DNA from: a virus
Strand: one strand, 5' to 3'
Length of the DNA: 64,000 nt
IMG/VR virus record: IMGVR_UViG_3300022744_000026
Location: 14,098-78,097 of that record
Shown: piece after piece, positions 8,758 to 18,879 of the stretch
Position numbering within the stretch: the first letter of the stretch is position 1
How the letters are laid out: each line of letters opens with the position of its first letter
Translations under genes and position numbers: made by a program
Notes under the pieces: model-generated
The model's input: only the letters and a program-made list of their open reading frames with translations
Told to the model about the DNA's origin: nothing
Database searches by the model: none

Positions 8758-9060
8758 ATGCATCCCCTCTTCCTCCTCGTCGCAAGCGCCCCGCCCACCG
8801 TCCCCGCGTGGTTCCGCGACCCCACCCCCGCCCCAGTCCGCCCCGTCGTCTGCCAGCAGGCCGAGTATGCGCTCGATGCCGAATGGGATGCCTGCGATGT
8901 CGACGAGCAGTACCGCGCCGATTACCTGCGCCTGCTGGAGTGGCGCGGGCACCTGATGAACTGGTCTGCCGGCATGGATCAGCGCCGCGCCATCGCCTGG
9001 CCGCTGGCGTGGGCGCAGATGCAGATGGAGCAACTGAAGGCCGCGGGGGTGGAGTTGTGA
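8758..9060 (+). CDS. Hypothetical protein
   Basis: Operon tiling and typical codon usage. Confidence 0.6.
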   Translation: MHPLFLLVASAPPTVPAWFRDPTPAPVRPVVCQQAEYALDAEWDACDVDEQYRADYLRLLEWRGHLMNWSAGMDQRRAIAWPLAWAQMQMEQLKAAGVEL

Positions 9061-9272
9061 GCCGCATCCCTGCCCTGGCGGCCGTCTGCATCGGCTGGCT
9101 GCTGGTGTTCTCCGGCTATCTGTGGGGCTTGGCCGACCTCGGCTGGTACGTCGCCACAGGCGCCACGCTGACCGGCTTTGACTGGCTGGATGTCACCGGC
9201 GCTGCCGTGCTTGGCGTGCAGACTGGGGTGATGCTGCTGATCGGGTGGATGGCTTGGGGGGATGAGGTATGA
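9057..9272 (+). CDS. Small membrane protein
   Basis: GTGA overlap with the upstream gene; two hydrophobic segments. Confidence 0.55.
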   Translation: MSRIPALAAVCIGWLLVFSGYLWGLADLGWYVATGATLTGFDWLDVTGAAVLGVQTGVMLLIGWMAWGDEV

Positions 9273-9718
9273 CGGTCACGGCCAGAGCCCGCGTCAAACT
9301 CGTCACCCGCAAGCAGCGCACCGGCTCGCTTCCCGAGCGGATCATCGCCACACTGCGCGAGCACGGCCCGATGACGGCGATCGTCCTGCACGAGGTGCAC
9401 TTCCCCACGTGCCTGCGGTCCGGCATTTCACGCGCGCTGAACCAGCTCATGAGCAGCGAGACGTGGCGCGGCACGAAGCGGCATCGCCGGGCCTACATCA
9501 AAGCTTGGGAGCGCAGCGACGCGGACGGCAGGCTCTACCTGCGCGCGGTGTATGCGTCGGGCATCAACCGGCCGAACGCCGAGAAGCCGCCGATGCTGAC
9601 GCAGGCTGAGCGGCGGGCGCGAGTCGCCGAGCGCAAGCTGGAGAAGCAGCGCATGGAGGCTGCAAATCTGGTGGCTCGCGTCCCCGCCAGCATCTTCCAC
9701 CTCGGCGCCACACTGTGA
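9269..9718 (+). CDS. Hypothetical protein, possibly winged-helix DNA-binding
   Basis: IIATLREHGPMT...ISRALNQL pattern; GAGG ribosome-binding site. Confidence 0.6.
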   Translation: MTVTARARVKLVTRKQRTGSLPERIIATLREHGPMTAIVLHEVHFPTCLRSGISRALNQLMSSETWRGTKRHRRAYIKAWERSDADGRLYLRAVYASGINRPNAEKPPMLTQAERRARVAERKLEKQRMEAANLVARVPASIFHLGATL

Positions 9719-10176
9719 GCGCCGGCCCGGTCGTGGCGCGTAAGCTGTGGCTGGGACCAACAAGGGATGAAATGGACGCAACTAACCCTTTCCTTCTGGC
9801 CGGCTCTGGCGCCCTGATGGGCATGGCCGTGTCGTTCGCCGTGTCGGCGTTCATCGATCGGCGGCGCGAGCGCGCCATCGATGACAGCTTTGAAAGCCTG
9901 TTCGAGACCGACCCCTGGCACACCCTGCCTGACGGCAGGATCGAACTCGGCGCCACGGGCTACGCCATCAAGCACCTGCCCGGCAGCGATGCGGCGTTTC
10001 AGTTGTTCAGTCCGGAGGGCGTGCGCGTGGCGACTGGTCAGCCCGGCTCGCTGGACCAGCTCAAGGGCTATGCCGAGACGCTGGCCGACGAGCGCCAGCA
10101 GTTCGAGCCGCTGGACGACGTGGCCGGGCTGGCGGCCCGCGTCGATGCCCTGGTGGCGCGGGTGCGCAAGCCATGA
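9715..10176 (+). CDS. Hypothetical protein with an N-terminal TM segment (start may be 9772)
   Basis: Operon tiling; hydrophobic segment. Confidence 0.6.
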   Translation: MSAGPVVARKLWLGPTRDEMDATNPFLLAGSGALMGMAVSFAVSAFIDRRRERAIDDSFESLFETDPWHTLPDGRIELGATGYAIKHLPGSDAAFQLFSPEGVRVATGQPGSLDQLKGYAETLADERQQFEPLDDVAGLAARVDALVARVRKP

Positions 10177-10673
10177 GCTTTACCATCCCCGCCCGCCCGG
10201 GCCCGGCCGAGATCGCCGACCGCCTGCTGCGCCTGCCCGAGTTCGAGCACCTGCGCGCTGGCGAGGCCCGCGTGGTGTACCTGATGCGGGTGGATCCGGT
10301 CATCAAAGCCGGCCGCCAGGTTCTGGGCACCTGCTACCTGCCGACCGTGCAGGGATCGCTCAAGCCGCTGTTCGACTGGCTGCTGGCGGACCGGTTCGGC
10401 AATGACCCGCCGATCGACTTCCTGATCGTGCTGGACACCGAGTACTGGCAAGCCGCCAGCGAGCTGCAGCGGGAAATTCTGGTCTATCACGAACTCATGC
10501 ACTGCGGACAGGCCGTGGACAAGCACGGCGCCGACCGGTTCGACCCGGTGACGGGCCAGCCGATCTGGTGCATCCGCGGACATGACGTGGAGGAATTCGT
10601 GGCCGTGGTCGAGCGCTACGGCCAGCACAACGACGACATCCGCCGCTTTGTCGCGGCAGCGAAGGGGGAATGA
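10173..10673 (+). CDS. Putative phage metallopeptidase
   Basis: LVYHELMHC (HExxH) and IRGHDVEEF..VV.RYG. Confidence 0.85.
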   Translation: MSFTIPARPGPAEIADRLLRLPEFEHLRAGEARVVYLMRVDPVIKAGRQVLGTCYLPTVQGSLKPLFDWLLADRFGNDPPIDFLIVLDTEYWQAASELQREILVYHELMHCGQAVDKHGADRFDPVTGQPIWCIRGHDVEEFVAVVERYGQHNDDIRRFVAAAKGE

Positions 10674-10921
10674 TGAAAGACCTTGTTGCCCGCCCTGTGC
10701 GGCCAGGTGATCTGGTGGTGGTCGCGGTCCCCGAGGGGTTCCCGGCCTGGATGCTGCAGGACACGGTGCGCGCCATGCGTGGCCGACTGCCGCGCGACGT
10801 GGCGATGACGTTCCTGCCTGCAGGCCTGGGCGTAGAGGTGCGCCGGCCGCCGGAGGGCGATCGCACGCCCGCGCACTTCGAGCTTCCCGAGGTTGAGTGG
10901 CGCGCTATCAACAGTGATTGA
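10670..10921 (+). CDS. Hypothetical protein
   Basis: ATGA overlap with the upstream gene. Confidence 0.55.
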   Translation: MMKDLVARPVRPGDLVVVAVPEGFPAWMLQDTVRAMRGRLPRDVAMTFLPAGLGVEVRRPPEGDRTPAHFELPEVEWRAINSD

Positions 10922-10956
10922 CAGTGGGTTGATAGTTGATAGTGCGCATTGATAGA

Positions 10957-10970
10957 CGTGACACCACCAT
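10957..10970 (+). promoter_or_regulatory. Putative late promoter CGTGAC-AC-CACCAT
   Basis: ATG 10977 follows 6 nt later. Confidence 0.75.
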
Positions 10971-10976
10971 TAACGC

Positions 10977-11639
10977 ATGGCGACAAAACACCCCCGCAGG
11001 GCCGAGGCTGAGGCCGCAATCCGAGTCCACCTGAGCACGCGCGGCAATGGTGACTGGGAGGCCGTGCTTACGCAATTTCCAGACGTGTCGGCGCCGAGCA
11101 TGTGGCGGTGGATCCGCGAGGTAAAGGCGGGCGCACCGGAGGGCGCGCAGCTCAAGACCGCCGTCAGCCGCATCCGCCGGTCGCTCAAGGACGACAAGGT
11201 GTATCGCACCGAGGAGGCCAGCCAGCAGGCCGTGCGGCACATCGCCGATCAACTGCCGGCGGCGCCGCGGCCGGAGTACATCGCCAGGACCGGGTCAGCC
11301 GGCCTGGAGAACATCGACTTCGTGCGCGAGATCCGGCACCTGTACTCCGACGCCCTGATGCTGCGCGCGTACTGCACAAAGGTCGACGCCGAGACCGGGC
11401 AGGAGAGCATCAAGCAGCCGATGCTGTTCGAAAAGCAGATCGCGCGGCGTGCCAGCCTGATCGAGACCAGCATCAAGACCGTGCAGGAGCTTTGGGACTT
11501 GCGCACGATGCAGGGGTTTTATCAGGCGATCATCGAGGAGATCGGCAAAGAGGCGCCCGATGTCCAGCACCGCATCATGGACAGGTTGCGGGCGCTGAAC
11601 AACGAGCGCGGCATGACGATGTTCACCACGGCGTTCTGA
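10977..11639 (+). CDS. terS: Terminase small subunit (putative)
   Basis: N-terminal HTH, helical body, immediately upstream of terL. Confidence 0.65.
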   Translation: MATKHPRRAEAEAAIRVHLSTRGNGDWEAVLTQFPDVSAPSMWRWIREVKAGAPEGAQLKTAVSRIRRSLKDDKVYRTEEASQQAVRHIADQLPAAPRPEYIARTGSAGLENIDFVREIRHLYSDALMLRAYCTKVDAETGQESIKQPMLFEKQIARRASLIETSIKTVQELWDLRTMQGFYQAIIEEIGKEAPDVQHRIMDRLRALNNERGMTMFTTAF

Positions 11640-11640
11640 C

Positions 11641-13737
11641 GTGCGCGGGGTTGTGCAGAGGCGTAGGGGCCTGCCGGACTACCGCAGCGGCCTGTCGAGC
11701 CTGATCTCGAAGCTGGAGGAGAAGACCGGCTATCGGGTGGCAAAGGTCGGCATCGAGGCGGGCGTGACGTTCCGCGACTGGTGCGAGGAGCTTGGCCGCA
11801 AGGGCATGAAAGTCGACGGAAAGCCGTTCAAGCTGGACGACCGCCCGGCCATGGCATGGATCTACGATCAAGTGCCCAGCACTGAGGATGAGGCCTACCG
11901 CCTGGTGCTGGTGCTGATGAAATGCGCGCAGGTGGGTTTTACGGTCATGGAGATGCTTGCGTGCATCTACCTGGGCCTGCGCTTCGGGCCGGCAATCGTC
12001 GGCATGTTCCTGCCGGACATGAACCTCGCCGGCCTGAAGTCGACCGAGCGGTTCATGCCCATCGTGCGCTCCACGCCGAGCGTGCACGAGCTGATGACTC
12101 AGGACGCGCCGGACGGCAGCGGGCGCAAGCAGGGCGAGGGCAACGTCAACCGCCGCCGCATTGGTGAAGCGCTGTTCGTGTTCAGTTGGACATCTGGCCG
12201 GGCCACCACCGAGTCTGTGCCCATGGACGTCCTGAGCTTCGATGAAGTGCAGGAAATGACGCTGGAGCAGATGGAGAAGACCATCGAGCGCCTGAGCGCC
12301 AGCCCGCTGCGTTTCGTGCTGATGGGGTCGACCGCCAACTGGCCTGATGCCGACATCCACCACTGGTACAAGCGCGGCAGTCGGCGGCGCTTCCATACCC
12401 GCTGCCGCACATGCGGTGTGGCTGAGCCCATCGATGAGTACTTTCCGCAGTGCTTCAAGTTCGATGAGGCCACGGGTGTGCATCGGTACACCTGCCGGGC
12501 AGGGCACGTGATCGATGACCCGCAGGACGGCGAGTGGATCGCCGAAAACCCGGATGCCGACCCGCCGGTGAATCTGGACATCCCCAAGAAAGACCGGCCG
12601 CTGCGGATCCGCAGCATCCACTTCCCGCAGATGCTGAGCCCGACGATCAGCCCGACTGAAATTTGGGACGCCTACCGGTTCGCGGAGTCGATGAAGAACT
12701 TCTTCAACCGCAAGTTGGGGAAGCCGTATCTGGATCCGAGCCAGGTTCCGGTGACGCTGGAGCACCTGCGCGAGGCCGAGCGCCAGGGCATCGCCATGGG
12801 CCTGCAGTGGGAGTCCCGCGGCAAGGGTTGCTTCATGGGCATCGACCAGATGGGCAACTTCAATGTCGTGGTGATCAAGCGTCGGCTGGACGATGGCCGG
12901 CAGGCGCTGGTGCACGCCGAGCTGGTCTACGACGCCGACCCTTTCCAGCGGTGCAGCGCGCTCATGGAGGCATTCGGCGTCTATGCGTGCGTGGTCGAAA
13001 TCAACCCGAACTACAACGACGCGAAGCGCTTCGCCAACCGCCACCCTGGTCGGGTGTTCATCTGCGACAGCTTCGGCAAGGTGGCGGAAGGCATGATCCA
13101 GTGGGGCGACGCCATGAAGCTGGACACCAGCGAAAGGCGCACCAGCGAGGATGCGCGCGACCGCTACACGCTGCGCATGGACCAGTTCAAGTGCATGCAG
13201 GTCAGCATGGCGCGGTTCACGCACACTGACCCACGCACCGGCGCGCCCGCCCCGCTGTGCCTGTTCCCGGACGCGCAGGGGCTGGTGCAGGATGTGGTCG
13301 AGTCAGGCGCCAGGCAGCAAAAGCCAGTCCTGCCGATCGCGTGGCACCACTTCACGAAGACCGCGCTGGTGTCCGAGAAGGACGACGAGACGAACAAGTA
13401 CAAGCGCGTCGTCAAGAAAATCGGCATCGACCCGCACTTCAGTTATGCGAACATGCTGTGCGATGTCGCATGGGCCCGCGCGCATGGGACGACGCTTTTC
13501 ATCATGCCCGAGGAGTCGTCCACCATGAGCGCGAAACTGGACAACGACATGGCGAGGCTCGACCTCTCCAAAGTCCCATCCGCCCACGCCGCCCGCGTCG
13601 TGGAGATCATGACCGCCCCGACCGTCACCGGCACCTGCGGCACCTGCACGGCCTACATGGACGGCCAGTGCACCGAGCGAGGCTTCAACGTGGCGGCGCG
13701 CGACACGGCGTGTGACCTGTACGCGGCTGAGGCGTGA
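11641..13737 (+). CDS. terL: Terminase large subunit (GpA-like)
   Basis: MKCAQVGFT, SFDEV, GSTA, CRTC Zn motif, NFFNRKLG and MGIDQ nuclease motif. Confidence 0.9.
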   Translation: MRGVVQRRRGLPDYRSGLSSLISKLEEKTGYRVAKVGIEAGVTFRDWCEELGRKGMKVDGKPFKLDDRPAMAWIYDQVPSTEDEAYRLVLVLMKCAQVGFTVMEMLACIYLGLRFGPAIVGMFLPDMNLAGLKSTERFMPIVRSTPSVHELMTQDAPDGSGRKQGEGNVNRRRIGEALFVFSWTSGRATTESVPMDVLSFDEVQEMTLEQMEKTIERLSASPLRFVLMGSTANWPDADIHHWYKRGSRRRFHTRCRTCGVAEPIDEYFPQCFKFDEATGVHRYTCRAGHVIDDPQDGEWIAENPDADPPVNLDIPKKDRPLRIRSIHFPQMLSPTISPTEIWDAYRFAESMKNFFNRKLGKPYLDPSQVPVTLEHLREAERQGIAMGLQWESRGKGCFMGIDQMGNFNVVVIKRRLDDGRQALVHAELVYDADPFQRCSALMEAFGVYACVVEINPNYNDAKRFANRHPGRVFICDSFGKVAEGMIQWGDAMKLDTSERRTSEDARDRYTLRMDQFKCMQVSMARFTHTDPRTGAPAPLCLFPDAQGLVQDVVESGARQQKPVLPIAWHHFTKTALVSEKDDETNKYKRVVKKIGIDPHFSYANMLCDVAWARAHGTTLFIMPEESSTMSAKLDNDMARLDLSKVPSAHAARVVEIMTAPTVTGTCGTCTAYMDGQCTERGFNVAARDTACDLYAAEA

Positions 13738-14105
13738 CCATGCGCATCCTAGTCACCGGAGGGCGCTCCTACGCTGACCGCGATGCCGTCTGGTCAGCGC
13801 TTGACCGTGTGCACGCCAAGCGCGGTCTGACCTGTGTCATCCATGGGGCAGCCACCGGCGCCGATGAGCACGCCAGGGCCTGGTGCATCGCTCGCCGCAT
13901 TCCCATGGAGGTCTACCCGGCCAACTGGCGCCCCGTGGTTGGCGGTGGCATCGACCGTAGCGCTGGGCCGCGGCGCAACGCTGACATGCTGGAGCGTGGG
14001 CGCCCTGACGGCGTGGTGGCCTTCCCAGGCGGCACAGGCACTGCCGACATGGTGCGTCGAGCCGAAGCCGCAGGCATCAAGGTGTGGCGCCCAACCGCGG
14101 CGTGA
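13734..14105 (+). CDS. SLOG/YspA-like (DUF2493) protein
   Basis: MRILVTGGR, VIHGAATGAD, AGPRRN and VAFPGGTGTADMV. Confidence 0.85.
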   Translation: MTMRILVTGGRSYADRDAVWSALDRVHAKRGLTCVIHGAATGADEHARAWCIARRIPMEVYPANWRPVVGGGIDRSAGPRRNADMLERGRPDGVVAFPGGTGTADMVRRAEAAGIKVWRPTAA

Positions 14106-14114
14106 CGGCATCAT
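14101..14114 (+). promoter_or_regulatory. Putative late promoter CGTGAC-GG-CATCAT
   Basis: ATG 14121 follows 6 nt later. Confidence 0.75.
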
Positions 14115-14120
14115 GCCCCC

Positions 14121-15755
14121 ATGGCTAACCTGACCCCCACCCCCGGCTGGGACAACGTCCCGCAGCATGAAATCAGCACCGTAGCCATCGGCGGGCCTGG
14201 CGGCACGGCGAATGCGCAGGCGCAGGCGTTGCTGAATCGGCTGGAGGCGCTGCGGGGGACTGCGGCGGGTCAGGGTGGGGCGCTGGTGGGATTGCAGGAT
14301 GCCCGGGGGTATTTTGCGACCGACAATGTTGAGGCGGCAACTCAGCTTCTCGGATCGCGCACATCTGCTATCGGCGTCAGCATCACTGATGCGGCGTACG
14401 GGGCTGTGTCTGGCGCCGACTGCACTGCGGCGATCATTGCTGCTGATGCCGCCGTGGCAGCCGCTGGCGGGGGTGTCGTGCTGATCCCGGCGGGGACCTG
14501 GAAGTACAACAGCACCATCTCAAGGTCGACCAATGTGACCTGGCGCGGGGTGTCGTCGCTGGCGTCAAAGCTGCAGTGCACGAATGGCACTGCGCAGATC
14601 ATCAACTCTGGTGGGCGCGGTGGCCTAGAAGACCTGTATATCGAAGGCCCTTATCTGACGCAGGCGACTCGTATCGCTGCGGCCTCTACGTCCATCGGCG
14701 TGGTCGATGGTGGTGCAACGATTTGGGTGCGCAATGTCCGTATCAAGTATTTCAAGAAGGGATATTCCAAAACCATTGGTTATTGGTGCGAGTATCACAA
14801 ACTGTGGCTGGAGGAAAACGGCACGGGTTTTAGTTGGGATAACACTGGCGCAGATTTTTGCAACCTGATTGCGTTCTACTCTTGCACGTTCCGGCAGAAT
14901 GACCGCAATGGTATTGCAAGCACAGCCGTCAATAACAACACCACCATCAATTACATTGGCTGTGACGTTGAGGCGAACTGCTCTGAAGACCCGGCCACAT
15001 ACCCGCAGATTGCGATTGGTTTCGCCCGCAATGTGAACTGGTTCGGAGGGTATGCAGAACCAGGAACGGTATCTCCAGCACCTGATTTTTGGGTGTTGTC
15101 AAATACATCGATCTGGAACATTACAGGGCTATACCTCGGTGGCGCAAGGAAGGCATTTACATCCAGCAGCAACGGTACTGGGACTGGGCGCATCGCCAAT
15201 GTTTATTTTGCTGGCGGCACTGCACTCATAACGTCGGCGGTCTACGATTTCCCGTCGTGCTTGAATATCACGGTTTATGACCGCAATACGCACACGGCGG
15301 CTATCACGCTGGACGGCGCAGGCTCGCAGCGCATCGCCAGCGGTGATCAGTTGGCCACGCGCACGGCTCCGGCTAGCTTCACGCCAGTGCTGTCCGGCAC
15401 CGGTACAGCCGGCACGTTTACTTATACGGTACAGGTCGCACGCAGTTCAAAAAACGGCAACATGCGCACGTATGCTGGACGGATCACTATTTCTGCCATT
15501 ACAGTAGCGCCGACAGGTAATATTCAGATCAGCCTGCCGTCCACCTGCATTAATGCTACCAATATCAGATATACCGGCGTACTGGATTGCTCAGGTGTCA
15601 CACTGAGCGGTGCAAATACGTATTTCTACGGCCGGATTGATCCGAACACCTCACAGATGACCCTATTCCAGGGCGGCTCGTCGTCCACGGCGCTGCAGGC
15701 TGCAAACATTACAGCCACCTCGCAGATCATCTGGTCGATTACGTACGAGGAGTGA
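14121..15755 (+). CDS. Tailspike/tail-fibre-like protein with a probable beta-helix (pectate-lyase-like) domain
   Basis: N-terminal MANL...GG.GG.AN.QAQAL.NR fibre anchor; YGA...D.TAAI..A...GGGVVLIPAGTW beta-helix cap; lower-GC body. Confidence 0.75.
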   Translation: MANLTPTPGWDNVPQHEISTVAIGGPGGTANAQAQALLNRLEALRGTAAGQGGALVGLQDARGYFATDNVEAATQLLGSRTSAIGVSITDAAYGAVSGADCTAAIIAADAAVAAAGGGVVLIPAGTWKYNSTISRSTNVTWRGVSSLASKLQCTNGTAQIINSGGRGGLEDLYIEGPYLTQATRIAAASTSIGVVDGGATIWVRNVRIKYFKKGYSKTIGYWCEYHKLWLEENGTGFSWDNTGADFCNLIAFYSCTFRQNDRNGIASTAVNNNTTINYIGCDVEANCSEDPATYPQIAIGFARNVNWFGGYAEPGTVSPAPDFWVLSNTSIWNITGLYLGGARKAFTSSSNGTGTGRIANVYFAGGTALITSAVYDFPSCLNITVYDRNTHTAAITLDGAGSQRIASGDQLATRTAPASFTPVLSGTGTAGTFTYTVQVARSSKNGNMRTYAGRITISAITVAPTGNIQISLPSTCINATNIRYTGVLDCSGVTLSGANTYFYGRIDPNTSQMTLFQGGSSSTALQAANITATSQIIWSITYEE

Positions 15756-15882
15756 TCATTGATGACGCACATACTCGACTGGCTCAAGCGATGGGCCGAC
15801 CTCACCATGGGGCGGCCGACTTCTTTCTGTCTCTCAGAGTGTGCGGCATGATCCCGTCGATCCGGCGCTAACCCACTCCCAT

Positions 15883-15896
15883 CGTGACGCTACCCT
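15883..15896 (+). promoter_or_regulatory. Putative late promoter CGTGAC-GC-TACCCT
   Basis: ATG 15903 follows 6 nt later. Confidence 0.75.
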
Positions 15897-15902
15897 CCCC
15901 CA

Positions 15903-17645
15903 ATGGACACCGCACGCCACGTCGCCTTCAACCCTGCCGCTCCTGACGACGAGCGGCAGGACGCCCTGAGCGAGCTGACGAAGGCGCACATGCCGTCAGC
16001 GGCGCCAAGCTCCAACATGCTGGAGCTGGTGCAGTACGTGCGCGAGCAGTACGAGGCCGACAGCATGGAGAAGGCCATGCATGCGCAGAACGTGGTGCCT
16101 TTCCCCAGCATGGCGGCGCGCGAGCACAAGCCCGGCCAGCAGTCTGTGTGGCTGGATGACGTGCAACTGAACATCCAGGGCAACTGGTACGAGCGGCCGA
16201 CCGGGTTCAGCTTCGACGCCATGCGCGCCATGGTGCACGGCACGCCGTTGCTGAATGCGATCATCATGACGCGCCAGCGCCAGGTGGCGCGGTTCTGCCG
16301 TCAGAACGTGGTGGGCCGCGGGGAGGGCTTTCGCATCGCGCTGAAAGACCCCAAGGCCAACCCCGACAGCAGCCAGCAGGCAGCCATCGGTCTGATGCAG
16401 GACTTCTTCCAGAATTGCGGCTGGGAGCGCAAGGCGCGTCAGCGCATGCGGCTGCGGCGCGACAGCTTTGCGGGATTCATGACGAAATCCCTGCGCGAGA
16501 CCCTGACGCTCGACAGCATGCCGATCGAGACCGAATGGAAGCGCGACAAGCGCCTGGGACTCGACGGCATCTATGCCGTCGACGGCAGCACCATTCGCCT
16601 GTGCACAGAGCAGGGCTACGACGGCGACGACGAGATTTTCGCGCTGCAGGTGGTGCAGGGGCAGGTGCGCAGCGCGTACACCTACGACGACCTGATCTAT
16701 GTGCCGCGAAACCTGCGCGCCGACGTCACTGCTGGCGGCTACGGGCTGAGCGAGACGGAGATCCTCATCAAGGTGGTGACGGGCTTCCTGAACGCCTTCA
16801 CCTACAACACGGGGTACTTCGACAACAACAAGATCCCCAAGGGGATGCTGCACCTGACCGGCAACTACAGCGAGCAGGACATCAACGCCTTCAAGAGGCA
16901 ATGGAACGCCATGGTGAAGGGCGTGAACAACGCCTGGACGCTGCCGGTGATGGTGAGCAAGGATCAGGAGTCGAAGGCTGCCTTCGAGAACTTCGGCGCC
17001 GAGCAGAACGAAATCATGTTCGCCAAGTGGATGACCTTCCTGGCGAGCCTGGCGTGCGCAATCTACGCCATCGACCCGACCGAGATCAACTTCGAAGCGT
17101 TCACTGCCGGCACGTCGAGCCTCAGCGGCAGCGACACCGAGGAGAAGATCGCCCACAGCACCGACAAGGGCCTGCGGCCGATCCTGAGCTACTACGAAAG
17201 CCTGTTCACCGACTACGTGGTGAGCGAGTGGGGCGACGAGTACGTCTTCCGCTGGACCGGCCTGGACGACGAGGCGCCCGAGCAGATTTTCGAGCGCCAG
17301 AAGCTGGTGATGACCGTCAACGAGATGCGCGCGCTCGACAACATGGAGTCGATCGATGACCCATGGGGCGACTCGCCGATCAACCCGTCACTGCAGTCGG
17401 CCTGGCAGATGAGCCAGCAGCAGGGGCAGGAGGACTACGGCCAGCCAGGGGCGCCGCAGCCTGGCGCCGAGCAGCAGGGCGACGAGGACGGCCAGGACTT
17501 CGGCCAACCGCAGGCCGGCGACTTCGGGCAGCCGAAGCCTGACCAGCCCGAGCAGGCCGCGCCTGCCGAGCAGCCGCAGGACGCCGACACCGTCGCCAAG
17601 GCATTCGGCCTGCCGGCGCTGCCGATCTACGGGATCAACGAGTGA
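15903..17645 (+). CDS. Portal protein
   Basis: AVDGSTIR, GYGLSETE, YFDNNKIPKGML, KGLRPIL and MTVNEMR portal motifs. Confidence 0.9.
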   Translation: MDTARHVAFNPAAPDDERQDALSELTKAHMPSAAPSSNMLELVQYVREQYEADSMEKAMHAQNVVPFPSMAAREHKPGQQSVWLDDVQLNIQGNWYERPTGFSFDAMRAMVHGTPLLNAIIMTRQRQVARFCRQNVVGRGEGFRIALKDPKANPDSSQQAAIGLMQDFFQNCGWERKARQRMRLRRDSFAGFMTKSLRETLTLDSMPIETEWKRDKRLGLDGIYAVDGSTIRLCTEQGYDGDDEIFALQVVQGQVRSAYTYDDLIYVPRNLRADVTAGGYGLSETEILIKVVTGFLNAFTYNTGYFDNNKIPKGMLHLTGNYSEQDINAFKRQWNAMVKGVNNAWTLPVMVSKDQESKAAFENFGAEQNEIMFAKWMTFLASLACAIYAIDPTEINFEAFTAGTSSLSGSDTEEKIAHSTDKGLRPILSYYESLFTDYVVSEWGDEYVFRWTGLDDEAPEQIFERQKLVMTVNEMRALDNMESIDDPWGDSPINPSLQSAWQMSQQQGQEDYGQPGAPQPGAEQQGDEDGQDFGQPQAGDFGQPKPDQPEQAAPAEQPQDADTVAKAFGLPALPIYGINE

Positions 17646-18370
17646 AGACCGCCGCGCAGCAGCAGGCCCAGCCGATCCCCGGCTGCGCGCCTGGCGACGA
17701 GGTGTGGCTCAAGCACCCGGACGGGCCCGTGACCGCGAAAGTCCTGGCGCACGGGCAGCACGGTCTGACCGTCGACGTCGGCGGCAAGCAGCACCGCGTG
17801 AAGTGGGACAAGGTGCACGGGCACAAGCGGCGCACGGCCATCAACATGCAGGTCGAGGACGAGGGCGAGGATGGAATGGTGGTGCGCGACCAGCTCGGCC
17901 GGCGGCATTTCGTGGCAGTGCCTCCCGAGGCACGCGAGGAGCGGATGGTGGTGAAATCACATGGTGGCGGCGCCAGGCTGCTGGTGTTCGCAAAGGCGCT
18001 GAAGCAGCCCGAGAACGAGCAAGGCGGCTGGACCGAGGCGGGCAAGGCGCCGGCAAGCAAGGGCCATCACGTGGCGTTCCAGCACGGCGAGCACGCCGGC
18101 CGCGGCGAGGTGCAGGCGGCGGGCCGGGATGGCGTGACCGTGAAGGACGGCGCTGGCGCCAGCCATCAGGTGCCGCACAAGGCTATCACGCACCGGTGGG
18201 AAGGCAAAGAGGCGCCGACCGCTGGCCCTGGTGAGCCGGCCAGCCCGTCAGACGAGCTGCGCGAGTTCCTGGCCGGGCTGCTGAAAGACGCGCCGGACGA
18301 CGTGCAAAAGTGGATCGGCCAGTACGTGCAGAGCCAGTCGAGCGAAGAAAAAGCCGATCGGCCTGGTTGA
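17642..18370 (+). CDS. Hypothetical head-associated protein with SH3-like repeats
   Basis: GTGA overlap with the portal gene; two V.A.G..G.TV units; LLVFAKA tag. Confidence 0.7.
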   Translation: MKTAAQQQAQPIPGCAPGDEVWLKHPDGPVTAKVLAHGQHGLTVDVGGKQHRVKWDKVHGHKRRTAINMQVEDEGEDGMVVRDQLGRRHFVAVPPEAREERMVVKSHGGGARLLVFAKALKQPENEQGGWTEAGKAPASKGHHVAFQHGEHAGRGEVQAAGRDGVTVKDGAGASHQVPHKAITHRWEGKEAPTAGPGEPASPSDELREFLAGLLKDAPDDVQKWIGQYVQSQSSEEKADRPG

Positions 18371-18420
18371 AAGAGGTTAGAGTAGTGTCTCTGCTAAACC
18401 TCAACTCACCAGCAACTCAC

Positions 18421-18597
18421 ATGGCAACCACTTTCACCATCGGCCAAAAGGTCACCTACAAGCTGCACACCGGCCGCACCGGTTCGGGCGTCATCGACAG
18501 CATCAGCAACGGTGCGCGCGGCGCGTTCTACGCTGTCAAGCACGACGACGGTACGATCCTGAAGCTGCGTGCTGCGCAGATCACGTCGGCGGCCTGA
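18421..18597 (+). CDS. Small SH3/Tudor-like protein
   Basis: FTIGQKVTY...GSGVI...FYAVK pattern; good codon usage. Confidence 0.6.
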   Translation: MATTFTIGQKVTYKLHTGRTGSGVIDSISNGARGAFYAVKHDDGTILKLRAAQITSAA

Positions 18598-18615
18598 GCA
18601 GGCAGCGAGCGAGCC

Positions 18616-18858
18616 ATGATCATTCGCACTTCGCGGCACAGGTTCAATCTGCCGGTTTCACTGTGGGTCAGCCTCGCAGTAGCAGTCGTGGTGTCTGTGC
18701 TGGCCTTCTGGCTACCCATCCATGGGCGCGGCGATGTGTGGTGCAGCATCTGCGGATGCATTGCATGGCTCTGGTGCTTCGCTGAGCGCGACAAGCGCGC
18801 GGCTACCGTCTACGAACCGATGATCCAGCGCATCGATACGTTTGACCACCGATGGTGA
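18616..18858 (+). CDS. Small membrane protein
   Basis: Two hydrophobic segments. Confidence 0.45.
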   Translation: MIIRTSRHRFNLPVSLWVSLAVAVVVSVLAFWLPIHGRGDVWCSICGCIAWLWCFAERDKRAATVYEPMIQRIDTFDHRW

Positions 18859-18879
18859 GCAAAGCGCCCGGCACCCGCC

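Noticed and set aside
9057-9272. Possible holin
   Set aside because: A small membrane protein, but with no adjacent endolysin or spanin and located in a non-late operon.
13732-13745. Other CGTGAC hits (13732, 30978, 33571 and many intragenic ones)
   Set aside because: They lack the ANNNT hexamer at the fixed 2-nt spacing, so they were not counted as promoters. I did not scan all intragenic hits exhaustively.
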